32,000 nucleotides of DNA from Gottschalkia acidurici 9a (GCF_000299355.1 NC_018664.1:2991993-3023992); one strand, 5' to 3'. Counted from the first letter of the stretch, positions 9,439 through 19,605 are shown. Notes: generated by a model not told the origin, from the letters alone. Numbers and translations are program-made.

Positions 9439-9597
9439 CACTTTTTTTAAAGTTTTTTGTCGATTCTTTGATTTCTATGTTATGAACAAAGTTATCAACA
9501 GCTTATGGTGTTTATAATTGTCGTTTTTATCAAATTTAATGCTATTTTAACAATGTTATCAACATATCCACAAAGATATGCACAATAGTTATCTTTT

Positions 9598-10191
9598 TTA
9601 TGTGAATAAAAAATCTTTATAGTCATTTTTTCCTAATCTCATCTTATAATAGTATCCATATAAGGTATCTTTTTTAATAATAAAGTAATTCTTTGTATCT
9701 TCTAGTTGTATATCATTTAAATTAATGTCATTATTTTTCATAGTATATTCTTTAATTATCTTAAATCCACATTTTTCATAACATTTTATAGCTCTTATAT
9801 TATGTTTTGCCACATCTAGATACATAGTTCTCATATTCATACTATCAAAGTAGTATTTTAGTAATACTTTTAAAGCCTCTGTCCCATACCCTTTATTTAT
9901 ATACCTTGGATCAAAAGCTATACCTAGATTAGCCGTCTTCAAAAGTTTTCTAATATCCTTTATGCTTATAAAGCCAATAGTTTTTCCATCTTCATTTAGT
10001 ACGCCAAAACTTTCACAATCTTTTTGAGATGTTTTTATATCAAACCATCTTTTTATCTCGAAATCTTCTAATTCCGGAAAGTTGTAGTCATCGAAAAGTG
10101 GATCTTCATGATTCCCCCAACTTCTCATTTCATATACGTTCACTAAGTTTAAAGACTCTAAGTATACTTTCTTTCCTTTTATAGTAACCAT
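9598..10191 (-). CDS. GNAT family N-acetyltransferase
   Basis: 197 aa; LGIAFDPRYINKGYGTEALKVLLKYYFD...LYLDVAKHNIRAIKCYEKCGFKI acetyl-CoA binding motifs. Confidence 0.9.
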   Translation of the reverse strand: MVTIKGKKVYLESLNLVNVYEMRSWGNHEDPLFDDYNFPELEDFEIKRWFDIKTSQKDCESFGVLNEDGKTIGFISIKDIRKLLKTANLGIAFDPRYINKGYGTEALKVLLKYYFDSMNMRTMYLDVAKHNIRAIKCYEKCGFKIIKEYTMKNNDINLNDIQLEDTKNYFIIKKDTLYGYYYKMRLGKNDYKDFLFT

Positions 10192-10299
10192 TATAATCCT
10201 CCCTCAAATACTAGTTACATTTGAACCTGAACTAGTATTTTGCAAAAAAATATTGTACTAGTTATCTATATCATCTATTTATAACTAACTAGTACAACA

Positions 10300-11637
10300 C
10301 TATTGATTCTCTGCATACCTTTCCATGTTCAAGAATTTAGTATATTCACCCATAAATACTAAGTCTACAGTTCCAATAGGACCGTTACGATGTTTTGCAA
10401 TTATAACCTCTCCTATATTTTTCTTTTCTGAATCTGGATGATAGTACTCATCTCTATATAAAAACACAACTATATCCGCATCTTGCTCTATTGCTCCAGA
10501 CTCACGTAGATCTGATAGAATTGGTCTATGATCCGATCTTAACTCTGGCGCACGTGATAGCTGTGATAAAGCCACAACAGGGCAGTCCATTTCTTTAGCG
10601 AGACCTTTTAGTCCCCTAGATATATTAGATATCTCTTGTTGTCTATTTTCATTTCTTCCGTCTCCAGACATCAGCTGTAAATAGTCAATCATTACTAGGT
10701 CTAATCCTTTTTCAATTTTAAGTTTTCTACACTTTGCTTTAAGTTCCATTAAGGTTATTCCCGGGGTATCATCTATATATATTCCTGCTTGTGATAATGG
10801 CCCCATAGCTCTGACTAACTTTGGCCAATCATCCTCATTTAACTTCCCGTTTATAATTTTTTGTAACTCAACATGAGATTCCGCACTTAACATACGTTGA
10901 ACTAGCTGATCCTTGGACATCTCTAGGCTAAATATTGCAACTGATCCTTTTCCTTTTAACGCAGCATTTAATGCAACATTCAACGCAAATGCTGTTTTTC
11001 CCATTGCAGGTCTTGCAGCTACTAGTATTAAGTCTGATCTTTGAAGTCCTGATGTCTTATTATCTAAATCTATAAATCCTGTTGTAAGTCCTGTTATTCC
11101 CCCAGAACTTTGAGACAACTGCTCTATCTTGGTAAAGCTATCTAGAAGTATTGTCTTTATAGACTCTAGTCCTTCTTGATTTCGCTTTTGAGTTATATCA
11201 AATATCCTTTTCTCTGCTAATTCCATTATATTTTCTATATTTTCTTCATCTTCATAACCTTTTGCAATTATGTCATTAGAGGCCTTTATAAGATTTCTTA
11301 ATATAGACTTTTCCTCTACTATCTCACAATAGTATTTCATATTTGCCGTAGTAGATACACCTTCTGATAAATTAGCTAAATACATTATTCCACCTATAGA
11401 GTCTAATGTATTACGTTTCTTTAACTCTTCAGATAGTGTTATAAGATCTACAGGCTCATCTCTTGCAAATATGTCTGTTACAGCTTCATATATTTCCTTA
11501 TGAGCTTCTTTGTAAAAATCTCCAGGTCTTAATATTTCCGTACCTGTAACTATAGCTTCCCTATCTAGAATCATAGAACCTAAAACTGATTGTTCTGCTT
11601 CTATATTATGAGGAGGTATTTTACCTAAATTCTCCAT
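10300..11637 (-). CDS. dnaB: Replicative DNA helicase DnaB
   Basis: 445 aa; PPHNIEAEQSVLGSMILD, VAARPAMGKTAFALN Walker A, DLVMIDYLQLMSG, SRAPELRSDHRPILSDLRESGAIEQDADIV. Confidence 0.98.
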   Translation of the reverse strand: MENLGKIPPHNIEAEQSVLGSMILDREAIVTGTEILRPGDFYKEAHKEIYEAVTDIFARDEPVDLITLSEELKKRNTLDSIGGIMYLANLSEGVSTTANMKYYCEIVEEKSILRNLIKASNDIIAKGYEDEENIENIMELAEKRIFDITQKRNQEGLESIKTILLDSFTKIEQLSQSSGGITGLTTGFIDLDNKTSGLQRSDLILVAARPAMGKTAFALNVALNAALKGKGSVAIFSLEMSKDQLVQRMLSAESHVELQKIINGKLNEDDWPKLVRAMGPLSQAGIYIDDTPGITLMELKAKCRKLKIEKGLDLVMIDYLQLMSGDGRNENRQQEISNISRGLKGLAKEMDCPVVALSQLSRAPELRSDHRPILSDLRESGAIEQDADIVVFLYRDEYYHPDSEKKNIGEVIIAKHRNGPIGTVDLVFMGEYTKFLNMERYAENQ

Positions 11638-12012
11638 AATTTAATCTCCTATCATCAAGTAGTATAGAGTAAAAACATTGTCTAATAAATATCATACTTA
11701 GATATATTTTTTCCATTTAGTAACTTATTAGACAAGCAATATGTGAATGAGTTAAGACTCAATTTGCTATATATCTAGATCAAATGTATAACAGATCAAA
11801 CATATATTTTGATTCTTTACCTAAATACAAGATACTAAATGCATATATTAGCAATAGTATCTTGTATTTTTACAATGGCTATCCCTATATTAGGGATAGC
11901 TTGAAAGCTAAAAATTTCACCTTATAGATTAATTTTAAGGTATTTATACTTAGTATATTATTTAAAATAAAGTTTAAATAACCAAAGTATTCTATATAAT
12001 TTAAGCTTTATT

Positions 12013-12461
12013 CTATTCTTCTGTTACTTGTATCTTCAGCTCTGAAGTAACTGATGGATACACTTTTACTTCTGCAATAGTAGTTCCCATTGATTTTATA
12101 TTTCCGCCATCAATGATAATTTTTCTCTTGTCAATTTTTATATCGTGCTCTTTTTCTAAGATTTCACAAATATCTTTACTCGTAATCGAACCGAAAAGTC
12201 TACCATTTTCTCCTGCCTTAGTTTTTATTACTACTTTAGTATTTGAAATTTTTTCTGCTAATTCTTTGGCTTCTTTAAGTTCTTGTTCTTTTTTAATTTA
12301 TCTGAACCCTTTTTCTCATTTAATTCTTTTAAATTTGCAGTATTAGCTTCTTCCGCTAAATTTCTTGGAAATAAAAAATTTCTAGCATATCCATCCTTAG
12401 AATTTACTACATCACCTTTTTTACCTAGTCCTTTTACGTCTTTTAATAGTATTACTTTCAC
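12013..12461 (-). pseudogene. rplI: 50S ribosomal protein L9, reading frame interrupted by an apparent 1-nt deletion in an A tract
   Basis: GTG start at 12461 gives [56 protein letters not shown], then the frame breaks at A6 (12289..12294). The other frame continues [18 protein letters not shown]... to ...VYPSVTSELKIQVTEE and a stop at 12013..12015. Confidence 0.9.
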
Positions 12462-14455
12462 TATTTCTCACCTTCCTCAAGATATTCTATAATAGCTTTC
12501 TTAAGCTTTTCTTCTGCCTGCTGGATAGTAGCATTTTCTATTTTAGCTCCTGCCACTGTCATATGTCCTCCTCCTCCTACTTTTTCCATAATGAATTGGA
12601 CATTTATATCATCAGTGGATCTTCCACTTATGTGTACTTTATCACCATTCTTAGCTAATACAAAAGAAGCTACTATTCCTTGTATATTTAATAGCTCATC
12701 TGCAACTTGAGCAGCTACTAATATACCTCCATCAGTATCCTTTTCTAGCTTTGATATAGCTATTCCTTCTTTAAAAATATTAATGTTTTTTATTATCTCT
12801 CCTTTAAGTATAAAGGTATCTATGTCATTTTTAAAGAGTTGTCTAACCTTTAATGTATCTGCACCTTTTTTTCTTAAAAAGGATGCTGCTTCAAAAGTTC
12901 TCACACCTGTGTTAACAGCAAAATTCTTAGTATCTACAGCTATACCTGCTAGAAGTGCATCTGCATCAAATTTTGTCATATATATATTCTCTTCGATATA
13001 GTATAGTAGCTCTGTGACAAGCTCAGAGGTAGAAGATGCATACGGCTCTACATAAGTTAAAATAGGATCTTCTATAAAGCTTGCACCCCTTCTATGATGA
13101 TCTATTACTGCTACTTTATCAACTTTATTTAAAATTGCTGGTACTTCTGTATGCTCTGGCATATGTGTGTCTACAACTATACATATAGAAGATTTATATG
13201 ACATATTTTTTATTTGATCATAAGTCACTATATCCTCTAAATAATCAGGTTGTTCTTTTTTAAACTCTTCATATATATTTTTTATAGAGAGATTAACGTC
13301 GTTTAATACTATATAGCATCTTTTCTTTTTATTCTTAACTGCTCTATATATTCCTATAGATGCACCAAATGAGTCCATATCCCCTATTCTATGTCCCATT
13401 ATAAGAACTACTTCAGATTGATTAATAAGTTGCTTTAGCGCATATGATATAACTCTTGCTTTTACCTTTGTTCGTTTTTCTAGTGTCTTAATTTTACCAC
13501 CGTAAAAACTTAACTCATCTACATCTTTGACAACTGCCTGATCTCCACCTCTACCTAGAGCTATATCCATAGCACCCCTAGCATACTCATAAGTATCACT
13601 AAGAACCTTTCCACCGATTCCTATCCCTATGCTCAGTGTCACGGGTATCTTATTCCCTAAGTCTATATGTCGTATCTCATCTAGTATCTCAAATTTATCA
13701 TTCTCTAGGATATTAAAGTATCTATTTTCGAATACAATCAAATACTTATTTCTATCAGTCTTTTTTATAAAACCATTAACCCTTTTTGCTAGCTTATTTA
13801 GCCTCTTATCTATTTCTGCTAATACACTTGACTTATATATCTCATCCGTATCTGACATTAGTTCTTCGTAATTATCTATATAGATAAATCCAATATCTAC
13901 TCTCTCACCCACATACTTGCATTGTAGATCTATATACTCCGTTCTATCAATAAAATAAAGCATAATCATATACTTTATTTTATTGTCACTAGATTCAGAT
14001 ATATTTGCCATATTGTATAGCACATCATAAGTTCTACTTTTATGAGTTACCTGTATTGGTATGTTTTCTTTGCTTATATTTATATCTTTTAAGTCGATTT
14101 CTGGAATTATTTCATAAATGCTTTCATTAATCATTTCTTTATTCTTAAACATCTCTGATGATTTATAATTATACCACACTATTTCATCATTATTGTCTAT
14201 CATTATTAGAGGAGTTGGCATATTTCCAATTGCATAGTGAGTTGCTATATCTATTTCTTTATTTCTCTTTTCTATATATTTTGAAAGTTCTCTATTTCTA
14301 TTAATCTTAATTTCATACAAATACAAAACTAGTATTATTATCACTATTCCTAACAGACCTTCGTTATAACTATATTTCATAGATAATATCGAAATAACAA
14401 AAGCTAGCATTACTATATAAAATCTATAGTCTGTGAGTAAGGAACCTTTCTTCAT
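12461..14455 (-). CDS. gdpP: DHH/DHHA1 cyclic-di-AMP phosphodiesterase GdpP
   Basis: 664 aa; two N-terminal TM segments, PAS-like region, degenerate [42 protein letters not shown], and DHHA1 [12 protein letters not shown]. Stop codon overlaps rplI start (TAGTG). Confidence 0.95.
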   Translation of the reverse strand: MKKGSLLTDYRFYIVMLAFVISILSMKYSYNEGLLGIVIIILVLYLYEIKINRNRELSKYIEKRNKEIDIATHYAIGNMPTPLIMIDNNDEIVWYNYKSSEMFKNKEMINESIYEIIPEIDLKDINISKENIPIQVTHKSRTYDVLYNMANISESSDNKIKYMIMLYFIDRTEYIDLQCKYVGERVDIGFIYIDNYEELMSDTDEIYKSSVLAEIDKRLNKLAKRVNGFIKKTDRNKYLIVFENRYFNILENDKFEILDEIRHIDLGNKIPVTLSIGIGIGGKVLSDTYEYARGAMDIALGRGGDQAVVKDVDELSFYGGKIKTLEKRTKVKARVISYALKQLINQSEVVLIMGHRIGDMDSFGASIGIYRAVKNKKKRCYIVLNDVNLSIKNIYEEFKKEQPDYLEDIVTYDQIKNMSYKSSICIVVDTHMPEHTEVPAILNKVDKVAVIDHHRRGASFIEDPILTYVEPYASSTSELVTELLYYIEENIYMTKFDADALLAGIAVDTKNFAVNTGVRTFEAASFLRKKGADTLKVRQLFKNDIDTFILKGEIIKNINIFKEGIAISKLEKDTDGGILVAAQVADELLNIQGIVASFVLAKNGDKVHISGRSTDDINVQFIMEKVGGGGHMTVAGAKIENATIQQAEEKLKKAIIEYLEEGEK

Positions 14456-14464
14456 AGTTACCTC

Positions 14465-15409
14465 CTACAAGTTTTCCGCATCTCTAAGCTTTCTAAAGTC
14501 TACTAATGAATCTATTATACCTATAGAGAATAGTGCTAAGTTTAGAAAACCACTTAATATTATTATAACAACTAACAAATACTTAAGAAATCCTGCCATT
14601 TTAGCTTTATTCATGAGAAATACAACTAGTGACAGTCCTTCTAGTATGAATATATAAAATATTAGTACTACTACATTCAACATCATTTGTTCATAATTAA
14701 TATTTCCAAAATATCTTAGCAAAAATGTTAGTATAAATATAACTCCTAATCCGGACATAATATTTTTAGGGAAAATTAGTCTTGAAAAGTATGGTACATA
14801 TATATCTTCTCTTCCTAATTTCCTAAGTAATTTAGTTGGTATTAGGTAATTTATATATGCCACAACTGTAGATGATACTATTAGTAATGCTGGCATTAAA
14901 ACAACGATATAATTAGTCATATTATTTAAAAGACTTTTTATATTAGATATCTCATTTGGTGGAAAATTACCTTGCTTTAAGATCTCTTCACTCATTAACG
15001 CTAAAGAATTCTCAAGTCCTGTTACATAGTTTATACCCGTAATATACCATTCTAACCCCATATATATGATAGATGTCCCCAAAATTAAAAGAGTACTTCC
15101 TACCATAATTTGAGAAGGCTTATATCTTTTATTGATCATATATGTTGCACCTAATGATAGAATTCCGTACTCTATAAGTATAAGAACCGACTCAATAGAT
15201 CCACTTATGACTCCTACCAGGGCACATGATATAATTAAAGATATTATATTATACTTTATACCATTTTTAACTCCTATTAGAGTTAGTAATATAGGGTATG
15301 CTACTGCTATAATAGGCATTGATATTCCCATAACTCCTGCTATGGTAGCAAGTACTGTTATCATTAATACTTGAAAGGTAGTATTATTTTTATGCATATT
15401 TAAATTCAC
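14465..15409 (-). CDS. YybS-like (DUF2232) multi-pass membrane protein
   Basis: 314 aa, many hydrophobic helices, immediately upstream of gdpP as in many Firmicutes. Confidence 0.75.
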   Translation of the reverse strand: MNLNMHKNNTTFQVLMITVLATIAGVMGISMPIIAVAYPILLTLIGVKNGIKYNIISLIISCALVGVISGSIESVLILIEYGILSLGATYMINKRYKPSQIMVGSTLLILGTSIIYMGLEWYITGINYVTGLENSLALMSEEILKQGNFPPNEISNIKSLLNNMTNYIVVLMPALLIVSSTVVAYINYLIPTKLLRKLGREDIYVPYFSRLIFPKNIMSGLGVIFILTFLLRYFGNINYEQMMLNVVVLIFYIFILEGLSLVVFLMNKAKMAGFLKYLLVVIIILSGFLNLALFSIGIIDSLVDFRKLRDAENL

Positions 15410-15411
15410 CC

Positions 15412-15726
15412 CTAATTTCTTCTTTTTATGTGATTCAATAAGTTAGTCAAATCTCCATACCACTGTTCAATATTATGCTCTTCTATACGTCCTAATTTAG
15501 CTTTATCTTCTATTTTGGCATCTATACTTTCAAATGATAGCCCTAATCTTTTCCCTAATAAGTATGTAATGAGTATTATATTTGCTATAATATCTAAAAC
15601 TAATTCTTGACTATTCTTAATTCCTTTAACCAAGGTCTCAAATAGTAATGCTATGGCAGTTAACAATTCACTTTTAAGCCACTCTATCATTTTTATATTC
15701 TTAGTTATATCTATTTTATTCCTCAA
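15412..15726 (-). CDS. MazG-like family protein
   Basis: 104 aa; TKNIKMIEWLKSELLTAIALLFETLVKG...SQELVLDIIANIILITYLLGKRLGL; conserved position between DUF2232 gene and rpsR. Confidence 0.6.
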   Translation of the reverse strand: MRNKIDITKNIKMIEWLKSELLTAIALLFETLVKGIKNSQELVLDIIANIILITYLLGKRLGLSFESIDAKIEDKAKLGRIEEHNIEQWYGDLTNLLNHIKRRN

Positions 15727-15816
15727 AGTAATCCCCCCGCGAATATAGTATATATATTTAAGCTTATATTTATATTATAACAAATAAATGGTATAAAAAC
15801 TCCCCTAATATACAAA

Positions 15817-15840
15817 TAAAGAGGGGATATCCCCTCTTTA
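15817..15840 (-). terminator. Terminator of the rpsF-ssb-rpsR operon
   Basis: Perfect palindrome TAAAGAGGGGATATCCCCTCTTTA directly downstream of rpsR, followed on the minus strand by TTTG. Confidence 0.75.
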
Positions 15841-16074
15841 TTAGTCTGTTGTATATGGTAATATAGCAATTTGTCTTGCTCTTTTTATAGCTATAGTTAA
15901 TTTACGTTGGTGTATAGCACAGTTTCCTGAAATTCTTCTTGGAAGTATTTTTCCTCTTTCAGTAACATATTTTTTAAGTTTATTTACATCTTTATAGCTT
16001 ATTTCGTTGTTGTTTTTATCAGCACAGAAACTACAAACTCTTTTTCTGCTTCTAAACTTTCTTCCACCTGCCAT
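15841..16074 (-). CDS. rpsR: 30S ribosomal protein S18
   Basis: [64 protein letters not shown]. Confidence 0.97.
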   Translation of the reverse strand: MAGGRKFRSRKRVCSFCADKNNNEISYKDVNKLKKYVTERGKILPRRISGNCAIHQRKLTIAIKRARQIAILPYTTD

Positions 16075-16088
16075 TCTTATCCCTCCTT

Positions 16089-16550
16089 CTAGAATGGAAT
16101 ATCATCTTCGTCTACTGGATGAAATCCATCTCCAATAAATTCGTCTGACTCTGTTCTTGTATTTGAATCTATATTCGTATTTCTTGATGAACTGTCGTTC
16201 CATTCAAGAAACTCTACTCTTTCTCCAATTACATCTGTAGTATATCTCTTAGTACCATCGGCTGCAGTATAACTGCCCGTTTGTATTCTTCCTTGAATAG
16301 CCACAAGTCTTCCTTTGCCTAAGTAGTTAGCACAATGCTCTCCTTGTTTTCCCCATACTACTATATTTATAAAGTCCGCAGTAGGTTGTCCTTTACTTTC
16401 GAACTCTTGTCTTTTTTCTCTCGAAAGATCTTTGTCTACTGCTAAGGAAAATCTACATACAGCAGTACCACCATTAGGTAAGTATCTAAGTTCTGGATCT
16501 CTAGTGAGTCTCCCGATAAGTGTTGCACTATTCAATAAAAGCACCTCCAA
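16089..16550 (-). CDS. ssb: Single-stranded DNA-binding protein
   Basis: [30 protein letters not shown]...[33 protein letters not shown]; acidic tail DDIPF. Confidence 0.98.
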   Translation of the reverse strand: MEVLLLNSATLIGRLTRDPELRYLPNGGTAVCRFSLAVDKDLSREKRQEFESKGQPTADFINIVVWGKQGEHCANYLGKGRLVAIQGRIQTGSYTAADGTKRYTTDVIGERVEFLEWNDSSSRNTNIDSNTRTESDEFIGDGFHPVDEDDIPF

Positions 16551-16560
16551 TGGCTCTTTA

Positions 16561-16857
16561 TTATTTTTCGTCTTCTCTAACTATCATATGTCTTATGATA
16601 CCGTCAGTGATTCTTGTAACTCTGTCGATTTCATCTATAACATCTGAACCAGCTTCAATGTTTAAAAGAATATAGTATCCTTCAGTTAAGTCATCGATTT
16701 CGTAAGCAAGTTTTCTACTTCCCCACTCATCTATGCTTAAAAGTGATCCATTAGTTTCTATTATCCCTTTAAATCTTTCTATTAAACCATTTCTTCTTTC
16801 TTCATCTACGCTTGGAGCGAAGATAAATACAGCTTCGTATTTTCTCATATTTTTCAC
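16561..16857 (-). CDS. rpsF: 30S ribosomal protein S6
   Basis: RKYEAVFIFAPSVDEERRNGLIERFKGII...DEWGSRKLAYEIDDLTEGYYILLNIEA. Confidence 0.97.
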   Translation of the reverse strand: MKNMRKYEAVFIFAPSVDEERRNGLIERFKGIIETNGSLLSIDEWGSRKLAYEIDDLTEGYYILLNIEAGSDVIDEIDRVTRITDGIIRHMIVREDEK

Positions 16858-16864
16858 CTCCCTG

Positions 16865-16960
16865 TGGACTATGCGGCCTCATATATTTCAATGAAGCAAG
16901 GATTTCTCTACATCTAGTTATTATATCACTCAATGTACAATTTAACAAGTATATTTATCT
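16865..16960 (-). promoter_or_regulatory. Candidate S6:S18 autoregulatory leader of rpsF
   Basis: Minus-strand leader ...GAGGCCGCATAGTCCACAGGGAGGTGAAAAAT-ATG. The CCG-containing segment just upstream of the RBS resembles the described S6:S18 leader; motif judged by eye only. Confidence 0.4.
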
Positions 16961-16973
16961 ACTTTTCTAATAT

Positions 16974-17177
16974 TTATTTTTCATTGCTTTCTACACTGCT
17001 AAGAACTTTTTTTACTCTTCTGTTAAATTCCATCCTTGCTATCCATACTTGTCTATCACACCCTGTACATCTTATCTTTATATCTGCACCAGTTCTCATT
17101 ATCTCCCATCTATTTTCTCCACATGGATGACCCTTTTTAAGCTGAACTATATCCCCAACATTAAATTTTGCTATCAT
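16974..17177 (-). CDS. DUF951 domain-containing protein
   Basis: 67 aa; FNVGDIVQLKKGHPCGENRWEIMRTGADIKIRCTGCDRQVWIARMEFNRRVKKV. Confidence 0.9.
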   Translation of the reverse strand: MIAKFNVGDIVQLKKGHPCGENRWEIMRTGADIKIRCTGCDRQVWIARMEFNRRVKKVLSSVESNEK

Positions 17178-18028
17178 AGTAAATCATCCCTTTCTAAGAC
17201 TACCTTTCTTCTATCATTTATAGATATTCCGTGTTTTTGGAATTCTTCTTTAATCGCTTTTCTAAGATTTCTTTCGACTTGCCATTGTTCCATAGGTCTA
17301 GTCATAGCCATCATAGATAAGGTTATTCCTTCTTTTGTAAGACTTGTAACACCTAGAACTTTAGGTCCAGATACTATTGTTTCTTCATTGGACATTGATT
17401 GTGCTACTCTTTCAAGTACCCTAAGAGCTTTATCGATATCTTCTTCGTAATTTATCCTAACCTCTACTAATGCCCTCATATCTCCTCTACTTCTATTAGT
17501 TACTATTTCTATTTTTCCATTAGGCATAATATGCAAGTCACCCGAGAAATCTCTTATTCTGGTTGATCTTATCCCTATTTCTTCTACTACTCCTTCATAC
17601 TCTCCTGTTTGAATATAGTCTCCTACAGAAAAATAGTCTTCGAACAGTATAAAAAATCCTGTTATAACGTCTTTAACTAAGCTCTGCGCTCCAAATCCTA
17701 TCGCAAGACCACCAACTCCTGCAGTTGCTAATATTGATTTTGTCTCTATGCCGAATTGATCTAGTATAGGTATTAAAGCTATGAAATAAAAGATGTATTT
17801 ACATAAACTTTTTAATATAATTGCTAAAGTATTTGCTTTTCTTTCTTCTATTCCTATCTTTAAGTTTTGTTGTCTCTTAAAAAATTTATCTATCATAACA
17901 TATGATATTTTAGTTATAATTTTAACACATATAAGGATTATTGCTATTTTTAATGTTTTTTCTAGAATTGTAATATGTTTGTCTTCTCCTAAAAGCCATC
18001 TATTTATTTCATTAAATACTTCTATCAA
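17174..18028 (-). CDS. MscS-family mechanosensitive ion channel
   Basis: 284 aa; ILATAGVGGLAIGFGAQSLVKDVITGFFILFEDYFSVGDYI, EEIGIRSTRIRDFSGDLHIMPNG. Confidence 0.95.
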   Translation of the reverse strand: MIEVFNEINRWLLGEDKHITILEKTLKIAIILICVKIITKISYVMIDKFFKRQQNLKIGIEERKANTLAIILKSLCKYIFYFIALIPILDQFGIETKSILATAGVGGLAIGFGAQSLVKDVITGFFILFEDYFSVGDYIQTGEYEGVVEEIGIRSTRIRDFSGDLHIMPNGKIEIVTNRSRGDMRALVEVRINYEEDIDKALRVLERVAQSMSNEETIVSGPKVLGVTSLTKEGITLSMMAMTRPMEQWQVERNLRKAIKEEFQKHGISINDRRKVVLERDDLL

Positions 18029-18041
18029 TATACCACCATTT

Positions 18042-18305
18042 CTAATTAATTTTTTGAGCTAATCTTACTCCTTCTTCTCTCTTCATTTCATATATTCCTT
18101 TTATAGATAGGTCACTGTTGTCTATAGTGCTTTGTACTTCTTGCAGATCTTCTTCTTCAAATCTTATAGAAAGACCGCAACTAGCTGTTATTTCTCTCGG
18201 TGTAGGCATCATCTTTATATTTAAATTATGCTCTTTAAAAAGCTTCTCTCCTTTTATTGCATGATGCGTAGAATTAAATGATATTACAAAAAATTTTTCT
18301 TCCAT
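18042..18305 (-). CDS. DUF3343 domain-containing protein
   Basis: 87 aa; FVISFNSTHHAIKGEKLFKEHNLNIKMMPTPREITASCGLSIRF; next to yedF. Confidence 0.85.
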   Translation of the reverse strand: MEEKFFVISFNSTHHAIKGEKLFKEHNLNIKMMPTPREITASCGLSIRFEEEDLQEVQSTIDNSDLSIKGIYEMKREEGVRLAQKIN

Positions 18306-18352
18306 AAAATCATCCTTTGCATTATAATTTTTGAACTAAAATAAATTTTAAA

Positions 18353-18952
18353 TTATAGAGTTATAGTATTTTGTGCATTGTTCATTTCATCAGCTATTAC
18401 ATACATATTACCTATTTCTCCTACTAATAACTTCTCTTTTAAATCGTAATAGTCTAAGCATGTTCCACAAGAAACTATTTTAACTCCTTTTTCTTCTAGC
18501 TTTTTAAGATCATTTATGACTTCTGATCCTTCTGTAGTTAATAGTACTCCACCGTTAACAAATAAAAGTGTCTTTGGTATTTCTTCTAACTCCGTTAAGG
18601 TATATATATATCCTTTTATAAGAACCTTTCCTAGCTCATCATTTCCATGTCCCATTTTATTTTTAGTAAACAGTATTACATTATCTTTAAAGTTAGTTAC
18701 ATCACAAACTCCATGGTCTGAATCTGTAGTTTCTTTAGAATCCTTGTTTATTGTAATGTAAAAGTCTCCTTCTTTAGACTCTACGTTATATTCAAGACCA
18801 ATACTTTTAGCTAATTTAGAAACATTTTCTTTAGCAACTTCATTATCAACTATTGTAAGTATAGTTCCACTTTGTATTTCATCTAATGCCTTTTTAGTCA
18901 TTATAAAAGGCTTCGGACAGTTTTCTCCTCTAGCATCTATCTCTTTTATCAT
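18353..18952 (-). CDS. yedF: YedF-type sulfurtransferase-like selenium metabolism protein
   Basis: 199 aa; TusA-like N-terminus IDARGENCPKPFIMTKKAL plus DsrE-like C-terminal domain (KTLLFVNGGVLLTTEGSEVINDLKKLEEKGVKIVSCGTCLDYY). Confidence 0.9.
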   Translation of the reverse strand: MIKEIDARGENCPKPFIMTKKALDEIQSGTILTIVDNEVAKENVSKLAKSIGLEYNVESKEGDFYITINKDSKETTDSDHGVCDVTNFKDNVILFTKNKMGHGNDELGKVLIKGYIYTLTELEEIPKTLLFVNGGVLLTTEGSEVINDLKKLEEKGVKIVSCGTCLDYYDLKEKLLVGEIGNMYVIADEMNNAQNTITL

Positions 18953-19175
18953 TTTAATCCTCTCCTAATACATATTCTCGTTAAATATATTATATATTTT
19001 CTTATCATAGTTATTCAAATAGTATATATCAATAAATTAACTATATTATATCATATTTTTCAATTATCCTATTAATGATACTTCTATAATAAGTCTTTAT
19101 TTTGGCAAAGATATATTATAAAGAGTTAAAAAACTTATCCTTAAATCTTTGTGATGAGAGAAAGTAGGTGATATC

Positions 19176-19526
19176 ATGAAAAAAGAATCTATAGGAAAAT
19201 GTCCTATATGCAGTGAGCAAATAACTATTACTAAAATGCATTGCGAATATTGTGAAACTACTATAGAAGGTAACTTCTATCTTTGTAAATTTTGTGAACT
19301 AGATAATAAACAAAAAGAGTTTCTTGAAATATTTATAAGATCAAGAGGTAACTTAAAAGAAGTTGAGAAAGAAATAGGTATTTCTTACCCTACTATTCGA
19401 AATAAGTTAGAAGAAATTACAAATATCCTAAATGGTAATTGTGAAGAAAGAAACCTTAATAAAGAGGAAATATTATCTAGAATTAATTCTGAAGATACTA
19501 ATTCTATTAATATAATCGAACATTAA
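19176..19526 (+). CDS. DUF2089-like zinc ribbon / HTH protein
   Basis: 116 aa; CPICSEQITITKMHCEYCETTIEG...CKFCELDNKQKEFLEIFIRSRGNLKEVEKEIGISYPTIRNKLEEI. Confidence 0.85.
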   Translation: MKKESIGKCPICSEQITITKMHCEYCETTIEGNFYLCKFCELDNKQKEFLEIFIRSRGNLKEVEKEIGISYPTIRNKLEEITNILNGNCEERNLNKEEILSRINSEDTNSINIIEH

Positions 19527-19549
19527 ATAGATATTTTAATCTCCACAAG

Positions 19550-19587
19550 AAAGAGGGAAAATAGTATTTTAAAAATCTTCCCTCTTT
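19550..19587. terminator. Bidirectional terminator between the DUF2089 gene and hisC
   Basis: AAAGAGGGAA / TTCCCTCTTT perfect 10-bp stem between convergent genes. Confidence 0.75.
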
Positions 19588-19605
19588 AAATATTTAAATA
19601 TTAAA

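Noticed and set aside
12113-12492. Plus-strand ORFs 12113..12346 and 12283..12492
   Set aside because: Antisense to the rplI locus; hydrophobic low-complexity translation of the opposite strand.
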